Source: an uncultured Verrucomicrobiae bacterium (GTDB lineage: Bacteria > Verrucomicrobiota > Verrucomicrobiia > Limisphaerales > Palsa-1400). From it: a stretch of 64,000 bases of DNA. The notes under the pieces were generated by a model, which searched no databases, was not told the DNA's origin, and saw only the letters and a list, made by a program, of their open reading frames with translations. The DNA lies in the NCBI GenBank assembly GCA_963764165.1, contig CAVXRD010000001.1:192001-256000 (forward strand). The letters run 5' to 3'. The position numbers were made by a program, and so were the translations under genes. This document shows, in pieces, positions 29,449 to 41,896 of this stretch (the first letter of the stretch is position 1; every line of letters begins with the position of its first letter).

Positions 29449-30903
29449 CTACGGCGACACTTGCACTGCCCGGTAAAACCGCTGTCCTCCAGCAGGATTC
29501 GTGTCGAGTATAAATTGTGGGTTGGTTTGCAGCGTGACATTGAAAAGCGGTGTCCAGAGTGATGGGGTATTTAACTGCGAAGTGCTTTCAATCAGATATG
29601 TATTGCTCACCACGCCGGTAAGGCTCATCCCGAAATAAAGCTGCGGACTCAATAGATTCAATGTTGCCGAGGAGGTGTCGCTATTCAAACGGGCAATTCG
29701 ATTGATGTTGGTGCCGTTAAAACTTGTGAAATTTCCAGCAATGAGAGTCTTGCCATCGGGTTGACATCCAAGAATAACGCTGGCCACAGTATAGCCGGGG
29801 ACATTGGGGCCGGAGCCTGGATTGAAAGTGACATCCAACGTCCCATTGGTATTGAGCCTTGCCAAGCCCCCAGCAACGCTGACGCCGTTAAAGGAGGTGA
29901 AAAGTCCTGAAATAATCACTTTTCCATCAGGCTGCAAGGCGATTGCGGTTACAGGGCTATTCGCGCCTACGCCAGGGTTAAAATTGGTGTCGAGGCTGCC
30001 ATCCGCATTCAGGCAAGCGATATAAGTGCGCGAATAACCGTTGATGCTTGTGAACCCGCCGCCAATCAAAATCTCGTCCTGCGGCGTCACAGCCAAGCTC
30101 TGAACATTTCCGTCCTGTAGCAGGGAATTAAATGAGCCATCGACGCTGCCGTCAGTATTCAGACGAGCGAGATAATTCAGGTTGCTGTTATTTACGCTTG
30201 TAAAAGATCCGCCAATGACTATCTGACCGCTTGACTGCAATCCGAGCGCATTTACTGACCCGTTCGCACCCGTGCCATTATTGAAAGTTCCATCCACGGC
30301 ACCATTCGTATCGAGCCGAGCAATATTGTTGAGGTTAGTCCAGTTACCATTACCGAGGGAGACACGGGCAAAGTCCCCAACAATCAGCACCTTTCCATCA
30401 GACTGCAACGCGATGGCAAGCACAGTGCCCCCACCGCTGATGCTGCCGCTGTAGAGAACACCCCCGCCATTGGCAGCACTCGTGTTGAACGCCGTGTCCA
30501 CACTACCACCGGTTCGGAGGCCTATTGGCTCGTTCCAAGACAGTCCATTCCAGCCAGAATAGCCGCCTCCGATGAGTATTTCGCCATCCGCCTCCACGGC
30601 CAACGCGCCCACTAACGGGGGGTAAGAACCTACGGGGCCCACACCCGCGTAAAATGAGGAGTCCAAACTGCCGTCTGCGTTAAGGCGTGCGACATAGTTT
30701 TCGTTAGCTCCATTAAAATGCGTGAAGGCACCACCTATCACGATTTGCCCGTTGGTCTGAAGCGCCATGCAATAAACTTGACCATCGGCGCCAGAGCCAG
30801 GATTGAATGTCATATCCAGTGAGCCGGGCTGGGCGCAGGACAGAAAAGCGGAGGCTAAAAAGGAAGCCACAATTACTGCTTTGGCCATTCGTTTTGTTCT
30901 CAT
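29449..30903 (-). CDS. Secreted delta-60 repeat beta-propeller protein
   Basis: Signal peptide; repeated ALQ.DG.I.IGG.FT..ARLN.DGSLD..F; C-terminal QRFYRA. Confidence 0.9.
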   Translation of the reverse strand: MRTKRMAKAVIVASFLASAFLSCAQPGSLDMTFNPGSGADGQVYCMALQTNGQIVIGGAFTHFNGANENYVARLNADGSLDSSFYAGVGPVGSYPPLVGALAVEADGEILIGGGYSGWNGLSWNEPIGLRTGGSVDTAFNTSAANGGGVLYSGSISGGGTVLAIALQSDGKVLIVGDFARVSLGNGNWTNLNNIARLDTNGAVDGTFNNGTGANGSVNALGLQSSGQIVIGGSFTSVNNSNLNYLARLNTDGSVDGSFNSLLQDGNVQSLAVTPQDEILIGGGFTSINGYSRTYIACLNADGSLDTNFNPGVGANSPVTAIALQPDGKVIISGLFTSFNGVSVAGGLARLNTNGTLDVTFNPGSGPNVPGYTVASVILGCQPDGKTLIAGNFTSFNGTNINRIARLNSDTSSATLNLLSPQLYFGMSLTGVVSNTYLIESTSQLNTPSLWTPLFNVTLQTNPQFILDTNPAGGQRFYRAVQVSP

Positions 30904-31140
30904 ATTTGTCTGGACGCTGTGCCTGACCGTAATTGTTGTCCAGCATAAATTTACGCGCTCAAAATCGCTGTTCAGGCGAAGAATTCGCAACTGCTAGACC
31001 GGGGGGCGGCCCGTTCAAGGCCGCTGATACCAAAACCAGACATAAACCCGACAAACCCGACATGGCGAAACGAGCCGTCACGTTCCGCCCGGCGCAACAC
31101 AGTGTTTGACTCCCGCGAATTCGCAGGCATCCTTTTCTAA

Positions 31141-31491
31141 ATGAAATCGGTTTCTGATCTCTCTGTGGCCGACCTACGGCGCGTCATTGCGCTCAAGGAG
31201 CAAATCGAGTCGTTGGAAGGACAACTCGAAGCCATAGCCGGGGAATCTAGCGCCGACGCTGCCAGCCCAGCCGAGACCCCTGTTCCCGTCAAGCGTACCA
31301 AACGCCGCCTGTCGGCAGCGCATCGGCGCAAACTTATCAAAGCTCTCGCAAAGGCGCGAAAGATACGATGGGCAAAAGCGACCGGGACCAACGCGGCTCC
31401 AAAGAAACGCCGCATGAGCGCGGCGGGACGCGCTGCCATATCAGCCGCAGCCAAGGCGCGATGGGCCAGGGTCCGGGCGGCAAAAGCCTAA
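31141..31491 (+). CDS. Small basic histone-like / nucleoid-associated-like protein
   Basis: N-terminal coiled coil plus two copies of RR.SAA.R..I..A.KARWA. Confidence 0.7.
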   Translation: MKSVSDLSVADLRRVIALKEQIESLEGQLEAIAGESSADAASPAETPVPVKRTKRRLSAAHRRKLIKALAKARKIRWAKATGTNAAPKKRRMSAAGRAAISAAAKARWARVRAAKA

Positions 31492-31889
31492 CCTTGTAGT
31501 TCTGACGGAAGTTCATCCAGCGATTCCCTTTCCGGGGCGAAGCCAACGACAATCAGATTTGTATCCTCACTCAGCGGCTTGATTTCAATGCGTCGAATGA
31601 AGGGCTGGTTCTTATCAGGCTGTTCGTACGTGGAGTCATTTTCCTGGATGGACTCGACAGCGTGCTGAACGAGGTCATCGTAAATGGAAGAAAGACGGTG
31701 TCCCTCGATGCGAACCTCGCAGGTTGCAAACGTGAGCACCAGAGCCACGGAGGGGTTGTACTGCACCATTTCCAAATACGAATAAGGCAGCGCGACGGCG
31801 TTGCGGCCCGTGGCGCGAATGTCAAGCATGGCGACGACACGGGAATGATTGACCGTGTACGAACGGCGGGTTTGAGATACTTCACTCAT
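31488..31889 (-). CDS. Hypothetical protein coupled to the relaxase
   Basis: Start overlaps the relaxase stop. Confidence 0.7.
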   Translation of the reverse strand: MSEVSQTRRSYTVNHSRVVAMLDIRATGRNAVALPYSYLEMVQYNPSVALVLTFATCEVRIEGHRLSSIYDDLVQHAVESIQENDSTYEQPDKNQPFIRRIEIKPLSEDTNLIVVGFAPERESLDELPSELQG

Positions 31890-34675
31890 AATTGTATTCC
31901 TTGTTTTGTTGCTTTCTTGCGTTCAATTTTTTGCAATGCTTTTTGGCGAATTGTTTGCTCCGGCGTTTGCCGATTCGTTGTTTGCTCCGGCACAAGCTGC
32001 CGTTTCCCGGCCTGACTGTGCGCCAAATGCGCGGCCTGGCGGGAAAGCGAGCGGGCTTTCAGGACTTCAGGCAGTGTGCCTTTGGCCAGGTCAGTGGCGG
32101 CGGGCCGTTCACCGGAAACCGCGACGGCATCCATGAGGGCGTCTTTGTTGTCGGTGTAAACCTTGATGGCCTCGACACCACGCGAGGCGGACACGTAAAA
32201 CTGTTCGCGGGAAGCGGCGGGCAACGAGGCTTCACATTCGGCGACAAACAGGCGCTGAACGGTTTTGCCCTGTGAACTGTGCGACGTGACGCAGTAGCCG
32301 TGAGCCAGGTTGCCGAAATTCTTGTCCAGCACCCAACCGTTATCCAAAACGATGTCACCCTCTGCCGTGAATTTCCTCACCCTCCGCAGTTCGCCGTTAT
32401 TGACACGATGACCGTCTTTTGTCTGGCCGTTTCGGGTGATGCGGATGTGTTCGCCCGGCGCGAGCGGCAACTTGCCCGCCTCGTACACGTCAAATGAGGC
32501 GGAGCTTCGCCCCACCGTCAAAGAGCGTTGCGACCCATCGGCGCGTTGCACGGCAATCTGATTTTGTGCCCGGCCCGTGACCGTGACCTTTTCGCCCCGC
32601 GTGAACCCCGCCGTATTTTGGTGGAACTGCACGACCAGCCCCGGTTGATAGTTTTTGACATCCGCGCGTTGCGCTTCCGTCCAGCGGAGATTCTTGAGTT
32701 GCACGACCTCCTTTTCTGTTGCGCCGAGTTTTTGCAGAGTTTTCAATTCCGCGCGAATTTTTTCCGTGACGCGCCCGCCTTCGGCGTGGGTGGGCGAGAC
32801 GACCAGGGCGGACTTGTTATCCTTGACTGCCTGCAAATAATCGGTGGCGAGCATCTGGTAGCGTTCGTCTGCGGGGACTTCCAGGACCGCGCCGAGCTTT
32901 TCCAGACCGGCAAAGCCCCCCTCGACATCGCCATGACGCAGGGCGTTGACGGCTTCCCGATACGTGGCGTCGCGCTGGCGGCGGATCTTTTTTATCTCCA
33001 CGGCTTGCAAGGCGGCATGACGTTCCAGCAGCCGGAGCGCATCGCCCCGTTCGACGGCGCTGTGTTGCGCGGTGTCACCGGAGAGAATGACGCGGCAGTT
33101 CTGTTCTTGCGCCAGTTGCGCGACCTGTTTGAGTTGAGGCACGGACAAAAGCCCGGCCTCATCAATCAGCAGAACGCCATTGCGGATTTCATCCTGCATC
33201 TTGCGGCTGTGCAGCAGCGCGGCGACCGTGGTTGCATTCTCAAAGCCTTCCGACCGGAGGACGCCGCGAGAGGCTTCCGCCGATGGGGCGAAGGCAAAAA
33301 CTTTATGACCAGCAGACTCGATACCGGCGACCGCTTCCTTGAGCATGGTGGTCTTGCCTGTGCCCGCGCCGCCACGGACGGCGATCACGCGATCCGGCGA
33401 CCGGAGAATGTGAAACACGGCGTTGCGTTGCTCCTCAGCTTCTGACGTCCGCAGTTGCGGATTTTGGATCTGATACGGCTTGTCGTTGAGCGGCGGGCAT
33501 TTGCCCTGGCCGTGACCAACGAAATCAATCAGTTGTTTTTCCTCCGCCAAAATCTGTTTTGTCGTGAACCACACCCTGCCATTGCGTTCCCTCTGGATAA
33601 ACTCATCCCGTAGAAGCTGGCGTTTGACCTCGTTGACATTGAGCGAGCCGATGCCGTGGTGCAGGGCTTCGCGCAGCAGTTCCTTGTCTGTGGCGACCGA
33701 GGCGCGTTCGTAACGGTGAGCAATGGCGTAATCCATCGCCAGTTTTGCCGTCATGCTGTTGACCTCAATTTTCGGCGAATCAGGCTTGATGCTGGCCAGA
33801 GCGTTTTTTTCATCAGCCGTGAGGCGACCGTTCCAGATTTCGCGCAGTTGTTCCCTGGTGATGCCGTGCCGTTTGTTTTCCCGCGAGAGCGCGGCCAGCA
33901 TGTCCTTTTCTTTGGCCGACGTAATCCCGCGTTCCGCTGCCAATGCTTCAATTTGTTTGGTGCGGAGCGAAAACTTGTCCAGAATTGTTTGAGACACACC
34001 GGCGATCTCCCAGCCCTTTTCCGTTCGGTCAACTCCGTAGCCAATCTCAGCCAGCCGTTTGGCGAACCGGGCGTGAAAGGCGGCTTCGTAGTAAGGCGCA
34101 TCCCGTTTCAAATCGCCGAACTCCCCGGCCTTCCAGCGTTGCTCCACGTTGTCCCAGGTGGCGTTGAAGGCGAAGCAGTGCGCGTGCAAGTGGGGGTCTG
34201 GAATGCCCTTGACCGGACGCGCCGTAAAATGATGGAACTCCGCCCATACCAGATTGCCGGTATTGCGGCCACTGTTTTCACCGTGAACCCGGACGCGGGT
34301 TCTCATGTCCGTTTCCAGTTCCAGCATCGTCTCCGTGACCGATATTTTGAACGCGCCAAAAATCCGTTCATCCCGGTTTTGCTCGTACACGACCGACACC
34401 GACTTTGGGCAATGGAAATTGAAATCGTACCCGCCCCGCCGGTTCTCCTTCGTTCGCGGCGTTAAGGATTCATCCGAACCCGGTTTCAAATTATCGGCCA
34501 GGGCATCAAAGGAACGCTGGTCAACCCGTCCAGACAGCCCCAACCGTTCCGCGCCCAAACCTTGCCATTGACCGATGACCTCCTGCCCTTCCGAGTAGTA
34601 ATCTTCGCGGCTCAAGCCCTGAGTATAATACTGCTTGGCTTGACCGGCGCTCACACTGGCAACGACTCGCAACAT
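31886..34675 (-). CDS. MobF (TrwC/TraI-type) relaxase-helicase
   Basis: N-terminal YY..DYY, HFTARP..PDPHLHAH, GGAGTGKT, IDEAG and TSHSSQGKT motifs. Confidence 0.96.
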   Translation of the reverse strand: MLRVVASVSAGQAKQYYTQGLSREDYYSEGQEVIGQWQGLGAERLGLSGRVDQRSFDALADNLKPGSDESLTPRTKENRRGGYDFNFHCPKSVSVVYEQNRDERIFGAFKISVTETMLELETDMRTRVRVHGENSGRNTGNLVWAEFHHFTARPVKGIPDPHLHAHCFAFNATWDNVEQRWKAGEFGDLKRDAPYYEAAFHARFAKRLAEIGYGVDRTEKGWEIAGVSQTILDKFSLRTKQIEALAAERGITSAKEKDMLAALSRENKRHGITREQLREIWNGRLTADEKNALASIKPDSPKIEVNSMTAKLAMDYAIAHRYERASVATDKELLREALHHGIGSLNVNEVKRQLLRDEFIQRERNGRVWFTTKQILAEEKQLIDFVGHGQGKCPPLNDKPYQIQNPQLRTSEAEEQRNAVFHILRSPDRVIAVRGGAGTGKTTMLKEAVAGIESAGHKVFAFAPSAEASRGVLRSEGFENATTVAALLHSRKMQDEIRNGVLLIDEAGLLSVPQLKQVAQLAQEQNCRVILSGDTAQHSAVERGDALRLLERHAALQAVEIKKIRRQRDATYREAVNALRHGDVEGGFAGLEKLGAVLEVPADERYQMLATDYLQAVKDNKSALVVSPTHAEGGRVTEKIRAELKTLQKLGATEKEVVQLKNLRWTEAQRADVKNYQPGLVVQFHQNTAGFTRGEKVTVTGRAQNQIAVQRADGSQRSLTVGRSSASFDVYEAGKLPLAPGEHIRITRNGQTKDGHRVNNGELRRVRKFTAEGDIVLDNGWVLDKNFGNLAHGYCVTSHSSQGKTVQRLFVAECEASLPAASREQFYVSASRGVEAIKVYTDNKDALMDAVAVSGERPAATDLAKGTLPEVLKARSLSRQAAHLAHSQAGKRQLVPEQTTNRQTPEQTIRQKALQKIERKKATKQGIQL

Positions 34676-34844
34676 GACACGGCCAATATAAACCGTGCCA
34701 TGAACCAGCGCAAAAAATGGTAATGGTTTGCAACGACCAAGCCATAAACCCAGTGAAATACCGTTTTGCTCAACCGCAATAAGACCGCAACCCCGAACTC
34801 AAATCATGACCAATGCAGCGTGAGCATGGCAACCATGAGCCATG

Positions 34845-34890
34845 TAACAGCGCAAAGAGCGCAGTGCAGGCTTACAAAAGTTAAGCCTTA
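34845..34890. promoter_or_regulatory. Candidate oriT region
   Basis: Hairpins GCGC-AAAGA-GCGC and AGGCTTA..TAAGCCT upstream of the relaxase. Positional inference only. Confidence 0.3.
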
Positions 34891-35245
34891 AAACTTACAG
34901 ACATCTCTCCTAAGCGGAGCTTGAGGCGGGAAAAACGGGCTGGCACATCACGGCGAAATCGCGTGGAAATCTCCGAGCTTTCCAACGCTCATCCAGCGTT
35001 TTTCCAGCCGAAATCCGAAACCGGTACAGCCGTCGTCTCGCAAGATTGCTCATCAAAAAACCGCGCCGTGACAACGCGAGTCATCTCCGCGTTCCGTTTT
35101 GCGTCATCGTGCTGTTGACCTTCTGGACCACGCCTACTACGGAGCCACCCATTTTCCCAAGCCCGCCAAGCCTGATCCGGCCAGTCGATGCCAACGTCGG
35201 AAAAGAACGGCGCAGGCGTGTATCGTAGGACAGGTCTTGAATTTT

Positions 35246-36621
<1,376 letters not shown>

Positions 36622-36625
<4 letters not shown>

Positions 36626-37734
36626 ATCTCGATCCGCACAAGCGCGCCTCCTTCGGGGCGATTGCCAAGAATAAGACGGCCCCCGTGAGCGCAAACTATG
36701 TTCCGAGCCACGCTGAGTCCGAGGCCCATCCCTCCTTCCTTTTCCGAGTACAACATTTCCGCACCGCGCCGAAGCGCCGTTGGCGAAAAACCACAACCCG
36801 TGTCGGCGAATCTGATGTCGTTTACAGAAACGGTTATGGAGAGCATTCCTCCTTTGGGCATCGCTTGGATCGCGTTCAAGATGATGTTATGAAAGACTTG
36901 GGCAAGACGGTGGATGTCTGCTTGGACACTCCGAGGCGTCGAGGCGGTTACTGCGATACGGACTTTTGCGTGACGAGCGGCGGGCTCGAGTACTCGCACG
37001 ATCTGCTCGATTAGCTCTACCAGAGCAATATCTGTTCGCCGTGGCGGCTCAGGGCGGGCCAGAAACATCCATTGATTGAGCATATCCTCGATTTTGGCGG
37101 CTTCATGGACGATCAATCCCGCGCCAATGGGTTCTTTTTGTTCCAATAATTGGCCGTGCAGCCGAATGGCGGCAATGGGATTGCGAATCTCGTGCGCCAA
37201 AGAAGTCGCGATGGAGCCGAGCAACCCTAAACGTTGGGCGTCGAGATACGGTAGCGTGACCGCCCAAGCCAAGGCAAACCAGAGCGCCCAAAAGGCGGTC
37301 AGAGCGCCCACGGAGATCGGTTGAAGCAAAACATCTCGCAACAGTGGGCGTTTGCGAATCAAAGTCAGTTCCGCTCCCGAATTGATCGGGACAGTCACGG
37401 CTTCGTGGCGAGCATCTGGGGCTGGCAAGCGTTGCAACTGGACTTCAATACCGCGCAATTGGCTAAGGTGTCCCGCAAGAAACTTGGCTTGTACAAGTTG
37501 GGCGGCGCGGATGAAATCGGCGTTGGCCTTGGCCGAAAGCCCTTCAGTGCCTTCTTCCGATTCAATTTTGGTGTTGTCGCGGATATAATCAGCATTGGCT
37601 TCGGCCAGCGCCGCAAGTTCGGAATGCGACTGGCGTTGAAAGGCCGCATTGAGCAAAAAGACCATCCCAACGGTTCCGACCGCCGCAAAGAGCAGGAGCG
37701 GCCCGGCAATACGAATCCAGTGACGCTTATTCAT
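36622..37734 (-). CDS. Membrane sensor histidine kinase
   Basis: Two TM segments, LAHEIRNP, NAIQAM, DTGCG and GMGLGL. Confidence 0.95.
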
Positions 37735-37858
37735 GGATACATTTTATACTTAACTGGCCCATCATTGAACAAGTTCTATCCACTTTCAAACATTTTTTGG
37801 TCTTTTCGTAGTGACGTAAACTCCTTTCTATATAGGAGTTGTGAATTGCCGTCCGATC

Positions 37859-37874
37859 TGGCCCGTTAAGTGCT
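37859..37874 (+). promoter_or_regulatory. Sigma54 (-24/-12) promoter for the YVTN-TonB operon
   Basis: TGGCCCGTTAAGTGCT has exact GG-N10-GC spacing and lies divergent from an NtrC-type system. Confidence 0.6.
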
Positions 37875-37928
37875 TAGTTTGGCGCTGGCAATTCTTTTCG
37901 GGCCGACATTGATCCATTATTTTGATTT

Positions 37929-39012
37929 GTGAATAGACTTTTGACTGTTTGTGGGTGGGCTTTGGTTTGCGGTTTAGTTCTGTTCGGAACAACCGTAAGA
38001 ATCCAAGCCGACGAGAATTATTACCTCTACGTTTCCAACGAGCGGTCTGATAACCTAACCGTAATTGATGCCGCTACACGCCAGGTCGTAGCCACTATCC
38101 CTGTCGGCAAACGTCCACGCGGCATTCACCTCAGCCCGGACGGTAAAACAGTGTATGTTGCCGTCAGCGGCACGCCCCCTGAACCACCCCCAAAGCTCGA
38201 TGCGAACGGCAATCCCATTTTTCAGAAGGGCCACGACGAGGACGATGACGATAAAAACGCCGACAAGTCCGCTGACGGTATAGCAGTGGTAGATGTCACT
38301 CAACAGAAGCTCACCGGGAAATTGCCCGCAGGTTCAGACCCGGAACAGTTTGCGGTCAGCGCGGATGGCACGCGGCTGTTTATTTCAAATGAAGACGTTG
38401 CCACCGCAAGCGTGCTCAACATCGTCAGCGGCAAAGTGGAAAAAATCATCCCGGTTCACAAGGAACCGGAAGGCGCGGGGGTCCGGCCCGATGGCAAAGT
38501 TTTTTACATCACCTGCGAGACGGACGGAGAAATCTTCGCGGTGGATGCCTCCACTTTCAAGGTGATCACGCGTTTCAATGTAGGCGGTCGGCCTCGCTCT
38601 GTCGATTTTCTGCCGGACGGTTCACGGGCGTTCATTCCCTCTGAATCGGCAGGCCAACTGCACGTCATTGACTCCATCAATCATCAGGTCTTGGAAACGG
38701 TCGAGTTGCCCAAGGGTTCAAGGCCAATGTGCGTAAAAGTTTCGCCCGACGGAAAGAAAGTTTATGCGGGCGCTGGTCGGGCCGGGACGATTTGCGTGAT
38801 GGACGCCCAGAGGCACAAGGTGTTGAACACCATCAAGGCAGGCAAACGGCCCTGGGGCATCATCATTTCACCCGATGGCAGGTTTCTGTACCTCAGCCAA
38901 CGGCCCGTCAAATGACATCTCTGTCATTGATCTGGCGACTGAAACGGAAGTTCAGCGCATCCCGGCAGGAGCAAGCCCTTGGGGAATTCTGCTGGTCCCG
39001 AAAGCTCTTTAG
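37929..39012 (+). pseudogene. Secreted YVTN beta-propeller protein, frameshifted near 38892
   Basis: YVSNE, VGKRPRGI and SPDGK repeats; the last blade SANGPSNDISVID..PWGI continues in another frame to TAG at 39012. Confidence 0.85.
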
Positions 39013-39115
39013 TAAAATGATGCACAAACGACATTGGATTGAGATCGCCCGCTCTGTCTATTTGACCATTGTATGGCCACGCGCGGTTTGGTCCGCCAGG
39101 CGCGATTCTTGGCCC

Positions 39116-41296
39116 ATGAAATTTTGTTGCGGCGCGCTTGTTATGTTGACACTGTTTGTGCCCTCCCTGCACGCTCAGCAGACCAACACGCCCGCTACCT
39201 CAAGCGGGCCTGAGACCTCGATTCCCTTGCCGCCAGTCACCGTCATTGGCAGAACCAATGGGGGGTCCCTAACTTCACCGCCCATAAGCGACGCGGCCCG
39301 AAAAAAGAAGGAAGTTCCCGGCGGCTTCACAATTCAAGGTATCGACGACCTCAACAAGAGCCGCGCATCCAGCTTGGATGATCTGCTCCAGAACGCACCC
39401 GGCGTTATTATGCTCTCAGAGAACGAGGCCGAAGTGAGCAAGATTTACATGCGCGGCTACGGCGTGATTCAGGAGGATGAGCCGAGCAGTGTGTGGTATT
39501 TGCTTGATGGTCTGAGCCTGAATCAGGCCGACGGTGAAATGATTATCGAAGACCTGGACGTTGGGACGTTTAAATACGCCGAGGTTTACCGCGGCGCGGA
39601 CGCTTTGCAATATGGCGGCTTGACGCTGGGTGGCGCCATTAATTTCGTTCCGTTCACCGGTTACGACGCCTCCCCGTTGAGCGTCAAGACTGAGGGCGGC
39701 AGTTTTGGTTTCGTGCGGTCGACGATCAGCAGCGGCGGCGTGGATGGGCCATTTGATTATTACGTCTCCGGTTCGGTCCGCTACCGCGAAGGCTGGCGCG
39801 ACCATAGCAGGGAAAGCACCGAACTGTTCTTTGGCGATTTCGGCTATAAGTTCAACGACCACCTGGAAAACCGAGTTTATGTTACCATAGATCAAACGGG
39901 TCGTGAACTGCCTGGCGCCCTTACCTTGCAGCAAATGGAGTCAAATCCGCGGCAGGTCGAAACGACCCCGGGAGCGCCGGAGGCCAATGCCATCACTCAG
40001 GATTGGCGCAAGGACTGGTACTATTTTCGCCTGGCCGACAAGCTTAGCTACAAAGAAGGACCGGAAGAAGCGGACGCAGGGTTTTATTGGTGGCACCGCC
40101 AAGCTTACGAACCCAACATATTCATCCCCGACAACACTCTTGCAGGCATCGGTTCATTCTACGCGGATGATTTCGGCGGCTTGTTCAACTCGACTACTCG
40201 CTGGGACTGGCTTGGCGGGGAGAACATACTGACCCTGGGGTTCACCCCCACTGTGGAGGATGAACATGATTTGTACCATGAAAACCTGGACGGTTCGGAG
40301 GGCGCACTGACAGGCAAAGACGGCGAATTGTCCATCAATGCCGTGCTTTACGGGCAATTCCAGCATTATCTGACGGAAAAGTTTTCCATTTTGCTGGGCG
40401 TCCAGGGCATATACGCCCAGCGTCATTTCTCAGATCTTTTCAACACCTCGGTGGATGGCGATCAATCGCGCAACCTGATTTACCGTGGGATCAATCCGAA
40501 GGTCGGGCTGATCTATGAGCTTAACGATAAAAACCAGCTTTTCACGAGTTTCAACCGTGGCTATCAGCCGCCATCATTTGACGACATGGTTTCCTTTGAC
40601 ACCGGCCCCAATACGAGCCAGGTCCTGACACCCGTGGAGGCGCAAACGGCCTGGACGGCCGAAGTCGGCACACGCGGCGAAGAAGGGCGGTTCAAATGGG
40701 AGCTGGCGCTCTACCATGCGTGGGTTCGCCACGAGTTGGTGGATGTTTACAGCGCCGAAACGGACCTCGACCTGGGAAGCCTGAACATTCCTCATTCCAT
40801 GCATCAAGGCGTGGAGGCAAGCTTGGAGTGGCGATTGTTTGATTCGATGTTCACGCAAGGGAACAAAAAGCGCGCCGGAGACCGGTTAACCTTGCGCCAG
40901 AACTTTACGCTCACCGATGCGCACTTCAGTCACGATCCCGATTTTGGAAATGATCGCATCGCCGGGATTCCGATCTACGACTATCAGGCGCAGTTGATGT
41001 ACGAGTCACCCTATGGGTTCTACGCTGGGCCAAATCTGCACTGGATCATGACCCGCTTCCCGGTGGACAATGCCAACACACTCGACTGTCCGGCCTACGT
41101 CCTCCTCGGATTCCGGGCCGGGATGGAATTGGGCAAGGGCTTCTCCATTTTCTTTGACGCGCGAAATTTATTAGACCAGCGGTACGCTTCCTCGGTTGAC
41201 CCGATCTCCAGCGCTTCCGCTTTTCAACCGGATGTAGCAGTCTTCCACCCCGGCGATCCGCGCTCTTTTTATGGCGGCGTGTCTTGGGTTTGGTGA
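39116..41296 (+). CDS. TonB-dependent outer-membrane receptor
   Basis: Signal peptide, LPPVTV box, plug motifs (RG, EVYRGADALQYG..LGGAINF) and terminal PRSFYGGVSWVW. Confidence 0.95.
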   Translation: MKFCCGALVMLTLFVPSLHAQQTNTPATSSGPETSIPLPPVTVIGRTNGGSLTSPPISDAARKKKEVPGGFTIQGIDDLNKSRASSLDDLLQNAPGVIMLSENEAEVSKIYMRGYGVIQEDEPSSVWYLLDGLSLNQADGEMIIEDLDVGTFKYAEVYRGADALQYGGLTLGGAINFVPFTGYDASPLSVKTEGGSFGFVRSTISSGGVDGPFDYYVSGSVRYREGWRDHSRESTELFFGDFGYKFNDHLENRVYVTIDQTGRELPGALTLQQMESNPRQVETTPGAPEANAITQDWRKDWYYFRLADKLSYKEGPEEADAGFYWWHRQAYEPNIFIPDNTLAGIGSFYADDFGGLFNSTTRWDWLGGENILTLGFTPTVEDEHDLYHENLDGSEGALTGKDGELSINAVLYGQFQHYLTEKFSILLGVQGIYAQRHFSDLFNTSVDGDQSRNLIYRGINPKVGLIYELNDKNQLFTSFNRGYQPPSFDDMVSFDTGPNTSQVLTPVEAQTAWTAEVGTRGEEGRFKWELALYHAWVRHELVDVYSAETDLDLGSLNIPHSMHQGVEASLEWRLFDSMFTQGNKKRAGDRLTLRQNFTLTDAHFSHDPDFGNDRIAGIPIYDYQAQLMYESPYGFYAGPNLHWIMTRFPVDNANTLDCPAYVLLGFRAGMELGKGFSIFFDARNLLDQRYASSVDPISSASAFQPDVAVFHPGDPRSFYGGVSWVW

Positions 41297-41559
41297 ATTT
41301 CAGAAGGGTTAACCGTTTCAGATACGTGTCGGAGTGACCACCACTTCCTGACAAAACCAAGCCATTTCGCCCTTCCGGTTCGGCCGTTCGCAAAAGCTGG
41401 CTCGACAACGCCAGGCGTTTCGTCCCAATGACGATTCAACGGACACTTCTTTGTAAACGCGCCAAGCGCCAACCGCACCCTCCGCAATCCTCTGCAAACC
41501 TCTGTTTCCATCTAATTTCCATCCGTTTTCTTGAAAAAATCTATTCGTGACCGACTGGT

Positions 41560-41896
41560 AATGGCGAAGGACGAGAAAACGATGTCGCAATCATCGATGG
41601 AATTATTATTGACGGAGGCGCAATCCGCGCCCGCCAAACCGAGCCGCAGCAAGCTGGAAACACACCGGGCCGCCATTAGCGAACTGCGCCGCAAACGCTG
41701 GACGTTCGCGGAAATCGCGGACTGGCTCAGAGAGCGAGGCGTGAGCGCCACGACCAGCAATGTGCATCGGTTTTTCCGACAGACTAAACACACGCCGCCA
41801 TCCATTGAGCCGGTGCGGGCGCAATCAGCGTCGCCGTCCGCTCCAGTTGATGCGGAGAAACCGAAGCGCAAAATCCGCTTCAACATTCCATTATGA
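41560..41896 (+). CDS. HTH protein (StbA-like position)
   Basis: WTFAEIADWLRERGV; coupled to the downstream ATPase. Confidence 0.65.

Noticed and set aside
38729..39115. Long N-terminal extension of the TonB receptor
   Set aside because: Overlaps the YVTN gene; the signal peptide fits a start at 39116.
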